A stretch of DNA of 64,000 bases from Candidatus Limnocylindrales bacterium (GTDB taxonomy: Bacteria; Chloroflexota; Limnocylindria; Limnocylindrales; CSP1-4): the NCBI GenBank assembly GCA_036278755.1, contig DASUKL010000052.1, forward strand, positions 22,697 to 86,696, read 5' to 3'. Shown piece by piece: positions 55,669 to 64,000 of the stretch. The translations under genes were made by a program, and so were the position numbers. Position 1 is the first letter of the stretch. Each line of letters opens with the position of its first letter. The notes under the pieces were generated by a model. That model did not search any database. It had not been told where the DNA came from and was given only the letters and a program-made list of their open reading frames with translations.

Positions 55669-55807
55669 TAGCGAGAGCGTCGTCGGGTTCCGAGACTCTG
55701 CCACCACAAGTAACTTGACTCGACCCCAGCCTCTTCGTTTCCGGGCTTCCCGCGTGACCGCGGCACTAGGCATACCATGGCGAGTGGCCACAAGAAGCCA
55801 TGAAGAC

Positions 55808-55837
55808 TTGACAATGGCAACTATCAGTTTGTAGAAT
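55808..55837 (+). promoter_or_regulatory. sigma70-like promoter (TTGACA-N18-TAGAAT) upstream of the DUF1906-like gene
   Basis: ttgaca at 55808-55813 and tagaat at 55832-55837 in a 326-bp lower-GC intergenic region. An approximately 155-nt leader follows. Confidence 0.45.
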
Positions 55838-55994
55838 CCGGGTCACACCCTAGCCGCCAAGCAGCGGCATCGACGGAGAACCTCCTGGGCCCGAACCCGC
55901 AGAGGGCGACCTCCCCTCTCCAGGGGCGGGTTCCAAGGGTCACACACGGGTATGGGCATGGCCGAGGCCGCGGCCCTGAGCGGGAGGCAAAGCC

Positions 55995-56876
55995 ATGTGC
56001 TCACGCAATCGTCGATTCGTCTACACGAGCCATTCGCGACGACTGCTCGTCGCCATAACGGCACTCGCCTCTCTACTGATACCAGGATTGCGGGTGTCGG
56101 CATCGATTGGCACGCAAACCTACGTCCTCGCCGAAGGATTCGATACGTGCGCCAATGTCAGTGCAGCGACACTGAGCGCGTGGTGGAATGGTACTCCATG
56201 GTATGTCTACGGGACCTATCTTGGCGGAAGCGGCGGCGCATATGTTGGCTGTGTCCCTATGAGTCAGGCGACGATCAATTCTGCAATCGGGCAAGGTTGG
56301 GCGCTCGAACCGTTTTGGTATGGGCGCCAAATGCCGTCTTCTTGCATCCGCGAGACATATCCTTCGACCATTAGCCTCAACACCACAACTGCATATAGTC
56401 AAGGAAAGAGTGAGGCCGACTCGGCGAACACCGCTGCCGCATCGTTCGGATACGGAACTTTTGACATAATCTATTACGATCTGGAGGCGACAGGAGACTC
56501 CTCCGCTTGCATAGCGGCCGCCAAGGCGTTCGTAAACGGCTGGGAGTACGAGCTTGCGTATTTCACTGCGTATTGGGGAGGATTGTATGGCTCGTCATGT
56601 TCCTCCAACCTATCGTCATTTGCTTCGATCGCTAATGTTCCTCGGGCGATCGCACCAAGAGACGTCAACCACGATCCTACCGGTGTCTATGGTCTATCGT
56701 GTCTTTCGGATAGCCTTTGGGACAATGAACAACGTATCCATCAACTTGCGGCAATGGTGCCTCTGATGTATGGCGGCCATAGCTTAGTTGTTGATGAGGA
56801 TTGTGCCTACGGTCCCGTCGACACTAATTCGGGAGTCGATCGCTCACCCTTCAACTGCAGCTATGTCCACCAGTGA
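55995..56876 (+). CDS. secreted hypothetical protein, possibly DUF1906/Rv2525c-like glycoside-hydrolase-like (TIM-barrel) fold
   Basis: Signal peptide LLVAITALASLLIPGLRVSAS. Many Cys/Trp/Tyr. Blocks LAEGFDTC, FDIIYYDLEA and VNGWEYELAYFTAYWGG are collinear with the GFD...D.D.E...GYW pattern of DUF1906. Low confidence. Confidence 0.4.
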   Translation: MCSRNRRFVYTSHSRRLLVAITALASLLIPGLRVSASIGTQTYVLAEGFDTCANVSAATLSAWWNGTPWYVYGTYLGGSGGAYVGCVPMSQATINSAIGQGWALEPFWYGRQMPSSCIRETYPSTISLNTTTAYSQGKSEADSANTAAASFGYGTFDIIYYDLEATGDSSACIAAAKAFVNGWEYELAYFTAYWGGLYGSSCSSNLSSFASIANVPRAIAPRDVNHDPTGVYGLSCLSDSLWDNEQRIHQLAAMVPLMYGGHSLVVDEDCAYGPVDTNSGVDRSPFNCSYVHQ

Positions 56877-58174
56877 TGACCGGCACCGCCCGGAGGCATG
56901 TTGGCGAGCGGGTGGAGTCAGGAGGATACGGAATGGAGAGGATTCAGTCGACGGGGCATTGCAACTTGCAGATTGCACTTGGAGTGACCGTAACGGCCTT
57001 TATTCTTGCCCTCGAGGGCTGTTCCGCCGCCAGGATTCCGACAAAAGCGACGGCCCCCGCTCTTGGCGCCACGACGGGCCATTCCAGCAATCCGTGGGTT
57101 TCGGCGACCCCTCCAGTCAGTCCCAGCCCGGCCTCCAGCACGCCCCACAGCCTCGACGGACCGGTGGGCTTCGACGGCGCGGCTGGCTGGCGCTTCTCCC
57201 CGGATGGCATGTGGACCTCGAGTGACGGCGGGCGGCACTGGAGCGCTGCGACCCTGCCGGAGGGGGTCCAGCCGACCAAGGTGGTGGCCGCGGCGATCGA
57301 CCCGCAGGGGACGATCTGGCTGGCCGTGATCCACGATCAGGGCCTGGACCTCTATCGCTCCGACCTGCTGGGCCCCTGGTCGATGGTGACCCTGACGCCT
57401 ACCTGGCCGTCGGTCGGCGGCCTGTGGAGCGGGCCACCGGAACGGGTGTCGATCTGGCCTGGACCCGCGGGGCTGGTGACGGTCGTGGCCAGCCAGACCT
57501 CGGGCATGGCCTTGGCCGTTTCGTCGACCTTCGTCTCGACCGACGGTGGACGGACGTTCCGTCAGGGATCTGCCCAGGCCGGCAGCGAGGCCAACCTCGT
57601 CTGGTCGTCCATCGCCTTCGTCGATGCCGATCACGGCGTTGTGGTCGCTGGTCCTGCCGCGAACATCCTGTTCTGGACGGCCGACGGCGGCGCCTCCTGG
57701 TCGCCGAGTTCGGGTGGCGTGAAGCGCGCCTCCGGTGACATGGTGTTCGGCCAGCCCTTCGTCGCCGGCGCAATGATCGAGCTGCCAGTCACGACCGCCG
57801 ACGCCGATGGCGGCGAATCCCTCGCGATCTACGCCAGCTCCGACGGAGGCGGCCACTTCGAGCCGCTCGCGAAGCCGGTCCGGATCGGACCGGACTACGA
57901 CCCGCCGGCCTCCGTGGCCGTGAATGGCCAGACCCTCTGGGCCCTGGGCGAAGGAGCGACGAGCCTCGAGATATCCACCGACGGAGGACGGACATGGACC
58001 TCACGAACGACCGCCGGCCTCTCAGAGAACGCGTCGATGCTGGCCCTGACGGGCGGGGAGGGCGCAGTGGCCGTGGTCAGCGATACGACATGCGCGGGGT
58101 TCAAGAGCGACTGCACGACGGACACCTACCTCGAGTTCACCGCCGACGGCGGCGCGACCTGGAGTCGGCCATGA
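56873..58174 (+). CDS. BNR/Ycf48-like repeat lipoprotein (start probably ATG 56933)
   Basis: Lipobox ILALEGCSA. BNR-like repeats SSDGGRHWSAA, STDGGRTFRQG, TADGGASWSPS, SSDGGGHFEPL, STDGGRTWTSR, TADGGATWSRP. Overlaps the upstream gene's stop. Confidence 0.55.
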   Translation: MMTGTARRHVGERVESGGYGMERIQSTGHCNLQIALGVTVTAFILALEGCSAARIPTKATAPALGATTGHSSNPWVSATPPVSPSPASSTPHSLDGPVGFDGAAGWRFSPDGMWTSSDGGRHWSAATLPEGVQPTKVVAAAIDPQGTIWLAVIHDQGLDLYRSDLLGPWSMVTLTPTWPSVGGLWSGPPERVSIWPGPAGLVTVVASQTSGMALAVSSTFVSTDGGRTFRQGSAQAGSEANLVWSSIAFVDADHGVVVAGPAANILFWTADGGASWSPSSGGVKRASGDMVFGQPFVAGAMIELPVTTADADGGESLAIYASSDGGGHFEPLAKPVRIGPDYDPPASVAVNGQTLWALGEGATSLEISTDGGRTWTSRTTAGLSENASMLALTGGEGAVAVVSDTTCAGFKSDCTTDTYLEFTADGGATWSRP

Positions 58175-59325
58175 GCACGTTCGGCCGGCCAGGACTAGCC
58201 GTCGTGGCCTGCTGCTGCCTGAGCCTTCTTGCCGGATGCAGCGGCGTCGGCAGTCCCTCAACGCCGCCGGTCACATCGGCCCCGCCTTCACCGACCACCG
58301 GGACCTCGGGATCCCCGACGCTATCGGCCAGCGCCCCGGCGTCGGCGACCGCGACAGCGTCGATGACCGTCACGCCCTCGCCAACGACGCCGCCCGACCA
58401 GATCCCCGAGGCGCTTCGGGGCTTGCCGTTCGTCGTCGGGGAGCCGGGTCAGGGCCAGGTCGTCGGGCTCGTCGGATCGAGCGTCCGGCTGTCGGTGCCC
58501 ACGACTTCGACCGTCCTCGCCGCTTCGTCGCGGTACGTCGTGACGGCCAAGCTGGGCAAGGTCCCCGCTGAGGACGTGACGGTCTACGACCTTCAGGGAG
58601 ACACTGCCTCGGCGCTGACCTACGCCATCGGTCGGCCGGTCAGCTCGGCGGCCATCGCGGGCGACGTCGTCCTGCTTGCTGGTCCGGCGCCCAGCGGCGT
58701 CGACGGTGGGGTGACGGCCCTCGACCTTCGGACCCGGACGACCATGCAGCTGGTCAAGCCCGGAGGGGCCGTGAGCCGGCAGAACGTCCGAGCGGTGCTG
58801 CTCTCGTCGAGCGGCCAGACCGCCGTCTCGGCGTCATGCACTTCCGATGGCAGCGGCTGCACGGCCGACGTCATCGACGTGAAGGCCCTGAAGGCAGTGA
58901 GGACAGTGGATCTTGCCGGCTCGCCAAGCGCCGCCACCGACGAGATAGTGCTGGTAAGACCCGACGGCAGCACCATCAGCGGCGTCGACCTCCTCACGGG
59001 CAAACCCCGCTGGAGCCACTGTTGCGAAGAGTACGACTGGTCCTACGCGATCCCTAATGGCTTCATCGTGGCCAAGGGCTCCTACCCGTTCCGCCTCCTC
59101 CTCGTTGATGCAATGTCGGGCGTGGTCACGACCAAGCTCGAACGCGCGACACAGGATCACTGGACACTCTGGCCGTCGCTCTCCACCTCCTCGGCCGCCA
59201 TATTCAGCCCGAACGGTCTGCTCGCGGAGACCGCAGCCGATTCGGGACGCATCGTAGGCGACCTGCTCGACCTAGACACAGGTCAGGTAACCGAGCACGC
59301 CCTCGATATCGGGGCGCGACCATGA
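58171..59325 (+). CDS. hypothetical lipoprotein (beta-rich, S/T/A/V-rich)
   Basis: ATG overlaps the upstream TGA (ATGA). Lipobox LLAGCSG followed by an S/P/T linker. No family recognised. Confidence 0.5.
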   Translation: MSTFGRPGLAVVACCCLSLLAGCSGVGSPSTPPVTSAPPSPTTGTSGSPTLSASAPASATATASMTVTPSPTTPPDQIPEALRGLPFVVGEPGQGQVVGLVGSSVRLSVPTTSTVLAASSRYVVTAKLGKVPAEDVTVYDLQGDTASALTYAIGRPVSSAAIAGDVVLLAGPAPSGVDGGVTALDLRTRTTMQLVKPGGAVSRQNVRAVLLSSSGQTAVSASCTSDGSGCTADVIDVKALKAVRTVDLAGSPSAATDEIVLVRPDGSTISGVDLLTGKPRWSHCCEEYDWSYAIPNGFIVAKGSYPFRLLLVDAMSGVVTTKLERATQDHWTLWPSLSTSSAAIFSPNGLLAETAADSGRIVGDLLDLDTGQVTEHALDIGARP

Positions 59326-60377
59326 GATCCGCACGCACCTTCGTGGCGCTGACCCGGTCGGCCATAGGCGCCATCGGACTCGCCATGGCCCTTAGTGTCG
59401 CCGCGCCCAGCGCGCTACTTGCTCACGTTCCAACGACGGGAGCGAGCAAAGGCAGTTTCGTGAAAGACCAAGCAGTGACCTTCAAGTACGCTTCCGCCAG
59501 CTACCCATCATGGCTTACGACGGCGGTGACCGATACCTTGCAGAACTACTACCACGATGCAAATCACAACAGCCACGCTCCATCACTGACCTACTCCAGC
59601 AATGGAACTGCAGTCGTCCACTATGTCGCCCAAACAACGTCGCCGTGTGGCACTGGCTCGCAGACATGGCTCATGTGCACGACCGGCGGAGGGTCAAGCG
59701 GGTGGGATATATATGTACGCGACCTCGACAACTCGGGATCAAGCAATAACTGGTGGGAGGAGACGCCTCACTGCTCCGCTGGGTCGACGTGCTACTACGT
59801 CCATCGTGCAATGATCCACGAATCCGGTCATGCGATGCTGAGTTTTGCGGATGAGAGTGGTTGGTCGGAAGATGACACGGTCATGAACGGCATTGATCCA
59901 CATGTAGGCGCCACTGGCGCTACTCACTGGGATTACCAGCGGTGCGACGAGGCGGCATCGCAGTTACTATGGGACCTCAAGAACAGCGCCGGGGAGTATG
60001 GCGATTGCTTCGACGATATCGTCAACCACGGAACTCATGGTCTCAAGACGGATCTAACCATGGGAACGACTAGCTACAGCGCATGTAATGGCGACTCAAT
60101 CATCGCTAGCGGTCGCATCCAGGTTCACGACTATTCAAGCTACGGTCCCCTCGGAGGAAACCCCCTCACCAATCGGACCGTATGGGTCGATCGCGGGAGC
60201 ACGCTTAAGTTCACCTCGGCCATTGCCAGCAACGCTTCGAATGATAATTGGTCGGTAACGCTCAACGGGAGTAGCGTGACCTACAGCTACTCAGCTCATT
60301 TCGACTATTCGTCTGGTTCCGGGCTCGATGCCTCTGCCCACGTTGCCTTTACAGCGCGATGGGGGACCGCCTGCTAG
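59322..60377 (+). CDS. secreted zinc metalloprotease-like protein (HExxH zincin motif)
   Basis: ATGA overlap with the upstream gene. Signal peptide AIGLAMALSVAAPSALLAHV. HRAMIHESGHAML (HExxH) with downstream acidic FADESGWSEDD. Many Cys, Trp and Asn consistent with a secreted disulfide-bonded domain. About 55% GC. Confidence 0.6.
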   Translation: MRSARTFVALTRSAIGAIGLAMALSVAAPSALLAHVPTTGASKGSFVKDQAVTFKYASASYPSWLTTAVTDTLQNYYHDANHNSHAPSLTYSSNGTAVVHYVAQTTSPCGTGSQTWLMCTTGGGSSGWDIYVRDLDNSGSSNNWWEETPHCSAGSTCYYVHRAMIHESGHAMLSFADESGWSEDDTVMNGIDPHVGATGATHWDYQRCDEAASQLLWDLKNSAGEYGDCFDDIVNHGTHGLKTDLTMGTTSYSACNGDSIIASGRIQVHDYSSYGPLGGNPLTNRTVWVDRGSTLKFTSAIASNASNDNWSVTLNGSSVTYSYSAHFDYSSGSGLDASAHVAFTARWGTAC

Positions 60378-60389
60378 TCAAGCGCCCAC

Positions 60390-61679
60390 CTAGACAAGGT
60401 GCAGTTCCCGGCCGGCCGTGGCGAAGGCGTCAAGGCAGGCCTGGAGATCGTCCCGGCTGTGCTCGGACGTGACGATGGTCCGGATGCGGGCCTTGTCCAG
60501 GGCCACCGTGGGGTAGACGATGGCCTGGGCGAAGACGCCCAGCTCGCCCAACCGGTCGGAGAGTCGGGCGGCGTTCTCCGAGGAGCCGACGATGACCGGG
60601 GTGATGGGCGTCTCGCTGATGCCCGTGTCGAAGCCCAGGTCCTCCAGGCCCGACTTGAAGAAGCGGGTGTTGTCCCACAGGCGTTCGATCCGCTCCGGCT
60701 CGCCCTCCAGGACGTCGATGGCGGCCAGGCAGGCGGCGGCCACGGCCGGCGGATGGGAGGTCGAGAAGAGGAACGGCCGCGAGCGCTGGATGAGGTAGTC
60801 CCGCAGGGCCTGGGTCCCGGCCACGTAGCCGCCCAGCACGCCGACGGCCTTCGACAGCGTGCCGACCTGGATGTCGACCCGGCCGTGGAGCCCGAAGTGG
60901 TCCACCGTGCCGCGGCCGTTGTGGCCCAGGACGCCCGAGGCGTGGGCGTCGTCGATCATGACCGCCGCCTCGTAGCGGTCGGCCACGTCGCAGATGGCGG
61001 GCAGGGGACAGATGTCGCCGTCCATGCTGAAGACGCCGTCGGTGATGACCAGGATGTGCTCGTAGGCGCCGTTGGGGCCGCCCTTGGCCCGCGCTTCGCG
61101 GAGGACCGACTCCAGGCCGTCGACGTCCTTGTGGGGGAAGACCGCCCGGGAGGCCTTGGAGAGCCGGACGCCGTCGATGATCGAGGCGTGGTTCAGCTCG
61201 TCGCTGACGATGAGGTCGCGCTCACTCGTGACCGTGGGGATGACCCCACTGTTGGCCGTGAAACCGGACTGGAAGGTGAGGACCGCCTCGGTGTGTTTGA
61301 AGGCCGCCAGGCGCCGTTCCAGCTCCTGGTGGAGCTCCATGGTGCCGGCGATGGTCCGCACCGCACCGCTGCCCACGCCCAGGTCACGGACCGCGGCCAG
61401 GGCCGCCTCCACGAGGTGGGGATGCGTGGCCAGGCCCAGGTAGTTGTTGGAGGAGAGGCTGATGAGCGGCCGCCCGTCCATGACCGCATGCGGTGTCTGG
61501 GCCCCCGACAGGACGCGCAGAGGCCGGTAGAGCGACTGGGCCTTCAGCTCCTCGATGGCCTGGCCGAGGTAGGCCAGGGGGTCCGCGCGGGTCGAAGCCT
61601 GGGCCGGGTCAGGGATCTTGGTCTGCGCCGTGTCGCGGGTCGTGGTCTGCGCCGTGTCGCGAGTCGGGGTCTGGGCCAT
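60390..61679 (-). CDS. kbl: glycine C-acetyltransferase (2-amino-3-ketobutyrate CoA ligase)
   Basis: Collinear with E. coli Kbl: SNNYLGLATHP, DELNHASIIDG, TDGVFSMDGDI, DDAHASG, GTLSKAVG (PLP Lys). The N-terminus carries a 24-nt tandem duplication encoding TRDTAQTT x2. Confidence 0.85.
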   Translation of the reverse strand: MAQTPTRDTAQTTTRDTAQTKIPDPAQASTRADPLAYLGQAIEELKAQSLYRPLRVLSGAQTPHAVMDGRPLISLSSNNYLGLATHPHLVEAALAAVRDLGVGSGAVRTIAGTMELHQELERRLAAFKHTEAVLTFQSGFTANSGVIPTVTSERDLIVSDELNHASIIDGVRLSKASRAVFPHKDVDGLESVLREARAKGGPNGAYEHILVITDGVFSMDGDICPLPAICDVADRYEAAVMIDDAHASGVLGHNGRGTVDHFGLHGRVDIQVGTLSKAVGVLGGYVAGTQALRDYLIQRSRPFLFSTSHPPAVAAACLAAIDVLEGEPERIERLWDNTRFFKSGLEDLGFDTGISETPITPVIVGSSENAARLSDRLGELGVFAQAIVYPTVALDKARIRTIVTSEHSRDDLQACLDAFATAGRELHLV

Positions 61680-61680
61680 G

Positions 61681-62712
61681 TCATGCCTCCTGAGGCAGGA
61701 GTACCACTTTTCCGGCGTGCCCGGCGGCCACCAGGTCGAAGGCTTCCTGGAACCGCGCCAGGGGCAGGCGGTGGGTCACGATCGGGGACAGGTCGAGCCC
61801 GCCTTCGAGGAGGGCCTTGCTGCGCTCCCAGGTCTCCCACAGGCGGCGGCCGGTGATGCCGTAGAGGCGGATGCCGCGGAAGATGACCTCCTCCGAGAGG
61901 TCGAGCGTCACGGGCCGGGCGTGGGTCCCCAGGAGCGACATGCGGCCGCCGTTGGTGAGGGCCGCGAGGCCCTGATGGAAGGCCGGCTCCGCGCCCGACA
62001 TCTCGAGCACGACGTCGACCCCGTCGCCTCCGGTCTCGGCTCGCAGGCGGGCGGCCACGTCCTCGCGGGCGTCGATGACCGCGTCGGCGCCCATGCGGCG
62101 GGCGAGGTCCAGGCGCTCGGGCAGGAGGTCCGTGGCGAAGACGCGCCGGGCGCCAGCCTCGCGCAGGACGCCCACGGCCATCAGGCCGATGGGCCCGCAA
62201 CCGAGGACGGCCGCCGTCTGATCCGCCACGTCCTCGACGAAGACGGCGTGGACGGCGTTGCCCAGGGGCTCCTGGATAGCGGCGAACTCCGGGGCCAGGC
62301 CATCGCTGGGCCAGGCATTGGTCTCGGGGATGACGGCGTACTCGGCGAACGTGCCGGGGACGTGGACGCCGAGGATGCGGTAGTGCTCGCAGACATGGGC
62401 CCGGCCGGTCCGGCACTGGAGGCAGGTCCAGTCGACGAGGTGACTCTCGGCCGCGACCAGCGTCCCCAGGGGCACCCGCGTGGCGCCCGAGCCGGCAGCA
62501 ACGACGAGGCCTGCCATCTCGTGCCCGGAGACCATGGGCGGCGGCCCGAAGTTGGCCTGGGCCCACTCGTCCCAGCGCTCGATGTGGACGTCGGTGCCGC
62601 AGACGCTGGCGGCCAGGACCTTGACCAGCAGCTGCCCCGGCCCCGGTTCGGGGACGGGCACCTCCCGCAGTTCGAGTCCGGGCCCGGGTGCCGGCTTGAC
62701 GAGGGCCCGCAT
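61681..62712 (-). CDS. tdh: L-threonine 3-dehydrogenase (Zn-dependent MDR family)
   Basis: ATG at 62712 gives MRALVKPAPGPGLELREVPVPEPGPGQLLVKVLAASVCGTDVHIERWDEWAQ...PMVSGHEMAG...VLGCGPIGLMAV, collinear with E. coli Tdh. Stop is 1 nt before the kbl start. Confidence 0.9.
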   Translation of the reverse strand: MRALVKPAPGPGLELREVPVPEPGPGQLLVKVLAASVCGTDVHIERWDEWAQANFGPPPMVSGHEMAGLVVAAGSGATRVPLGTLVAAESHLVDWTCLQCRTGRAHVCEHYRILGVHVPGTFAEYAVIPETNAWPSDGLAPEFAAIQEPLGNAVHAVFVEDVADQTAAVLGCGPIGLMAVGVLREAGARRVFATDLLPERLDLARRMGADAVIDAREDVAARLRAETGGDGVDVVLEMSGAEPAFHQGLAALTNGGRMSLLGTHARPVTLDLSEEVIFRGIRLYGITGRRLWETWERSKALLEGGLDLSPIVTHRLPLARFQEAFDLVAAGHAGKVVLLPQEA

Positions 62713-62832
62713 CGCGGCGGGGATCGCAGCCGAGGTCGGGACGGCGGCCGGGGCGGGGAGCGCCGCAGCCGCAGGGCCCGGCTGGCTCATGGTCGGCCCC
62801 GGACCGCCCGGCTCATCGCTGCGGGCGGTCCA

Positions 62833-63804
62833 TCAGCAGACGCCCTGCTCGGGGTTGGTCTGGTCCATGTTCTGTTCGGCGAAGACGAGGCCGAGATTGG
62901 CGTCGAAGGTGTCCGTCAGATACACCCGGTCCCAGGAGAGCAGGGCGAAGCGGGTGGTCATGTCGTCGAAGCGGACGACGATGACCTTGTTGGGCAGGCC
63001 GCAGGCCTTCGCCCCGGCCGTCTGCGGGGCGGTGTCGAAGACGGTCTGCATGGCCGTCATCTCCTCCGAGCTGGGGCACGTGGTGCCGTCCTTGCCGCAG
63101 CTATAGGCGATGACCACATAGCCGTGCTCCAGGTTGTGGACGAAGCCGCCGGGCTTCTGCTCCTGGGTGGCCGGGTAGAAGGCCCGCGGCAGCGGGCCGA
63201 CACCGGCGATGTTGTAGTGGTTGCCGGAGGCGGGCGGGCAGAAGGCGTACTCGATGGATTGGTTCGCGTCCAGGACGTGGGTCCGGCCCATGTCGTTGGT
63301 GACGAAGCCCAGGCGGGTGGTGGGCTCCGGCGTGGGGCTGGGACTCGGCGTGGTCGTCGGGCTGGGCGAAGGCGTGGGGCTGGTCGAGGTGGTCGGACTT
63401 GCGCTGGGGCTGGCGGTCGGGCTCGGGCTCTCCGTCGGGCTGGGGCTCGGGGTCTCGCTGGGGCTCGGCGTCGGCGCGACGTAGGACGGGATCGACTGGC
63501 TGGGCCCGGGGGTCAGCAGGCTGTCGCAGCTGTAGGCCTTGCCGCTGCTGGGCAGGAAGACGAAGAAGGCCACGAGAGCGATCCCGGCCAGGGTGAAGCC
63601 GCCCAGCACGAAGCCGCCGTAGCGATCGAAGAACGAACGCTCCCGGGTCGTGTGGGCCCGCCGGTTGCGCTCTCGACGGGCCTGGCGGCGCTCGGCCGCG
63701 GAAGAGGCGGGCTCGTCGTCGGCGGCCTGGTCGCGGTCGGCGGCAGGCAGCAGGGAGGACGGGGCGGGGGCTCGGCCGGCGGGGCGGCGTGAACGTTTGG
63801 CCAC
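62833..63804 (-). CDS. DUF3105 domain membrane-anchored protein
   Basis: Basic N-terminus, TM ([20 protein letters not shown]), S/P/T-rich linker ([31 protein letters not shown]...). C-terminal domain has [13 protein letters not shown] and Cys pairs typical of DUF3105. Confidence 0.65.
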   Translation of the reverse strand: MAKRSRRPAGRAPAPSSLLPAADRDQAADDEPASSAAERRQARRERNRRAHTTRERSFFDRYGGFVLGGFTLAGIALVAFFVFLPSSGKAYSCDSLLTPGPSQSIPSYVAPTPSPSETPSPSPTESPSPTASPSASPTTSTSPTPSPSPTTTPSPSPTPEPTTRLGFVTNDMGRTHVLDANQSIEYAFCPPASGNHYNIAGVGPLPRAFYPATQEQKPGGFVHNLEHGYVVIAYSCGKDGTTCPSSEEMTAMQTVFDTAPQTAGAKACGLPNKVIVVRFDDMTTRFALLSWDRVYLTDTFDANLGLVFAEQNMDQTNPEQGVC

Positions 63805-64000
63805 AGGGTCAGCGAACCTCGGCGGTCGATGGAGGGATCAGCCCGGGCGACGGGGCGCCGACGGCGTCAGCCGGGGTGGCTGCACCATCCGGGTGCACAG
63901 GGTAGCGCCGCCGCTCACAGCTCGCAGGGGTCCCTTGCTCGCAGGGGATGGACGCTCGCGCCGGGGTCATAGCTCGCTGAACCAGGCCCGCGAGGAGGAG

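Noticed and set aside
1-64000. tRNA, rRNA, transposase or integrase genes
   Set aside because: No cloverleaf-compatible sequences with T-loop GTTCGAAT-like motifs were found in intergenic regions. No rRNA-like conserved blocks. No DDE-transposase, tyrosine or serine recombinase-like ORFs.

Overview
This 64 kb window is a high-GC (about 70-72%) bacterial chromosome segment, most likely from Actinomycetota: it carries an IdeR/DtxR regulator, a Ddn/DUF385 F420-type reductase fragment, an MMPL transporter, efeUOB, many GTG starts and ATGA/GTGA overlaps, lipoboxes and Tat motifs. I call about 63 protein-coding genes on both strands. I saw no rRNA, tRNA, CRISPR array, transposase or integrase. The main modules are:
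(i) a DUF59 Fe-S assembly gene fragment, a DUF433 pair, class IV aminotransferase, rhodanese, nitroreductase, and a solo lysine 2,3-aminomutase (KamA);
(ii) a membrane-fused sulfite-oxidase-family Moco enzyme, OsmC, an MMPL transporter with an AttH/CrtC-like lipoprotein, and an MFS transporter;
(iii) a fatty-acid/aromatic beta-oxidation-like block (flavin reductase, alpha/beta hydrolase, two crotonases, 3-hydroxyacyl-CoA dehydrogenase, thiolase);
(iv) an SsuABC/TauABC-like ABC importer;
(v) a histidine-utilisation pathway of the FtcD type (hutH, hutU, ftcD, hutI) split into two blocks by unrelated genes, including ideR-efeUOB iron uptake;
(vi) argS, three MBL-fold hydrolases, a PHP phosphoesterase and an XRE-TPR regulator;
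(vii) a compositionally distinct lower-GC island (about 53.0-60.4 kb) with an ECF sigma/anti-sigma (BNR-repeat) pair and four secreted/lipoproteins, including an HExxH zincin;
(viii) tdh-kbl and a DUF3105 protein.
Notable non-coding structure: a 51-bp x3 tandem repeat with an inverted partial copy, a 23-bp x3 tandem repeat, an ECF-type promoter, a sigma70-like promoter with a structured leader, a perfect 17-bp palindrome over the efeU promoter, and a 650-bp structured intergenic region. Most long ORFs antisense to real genes in the ORF track are GC artefacts and are not annotated.
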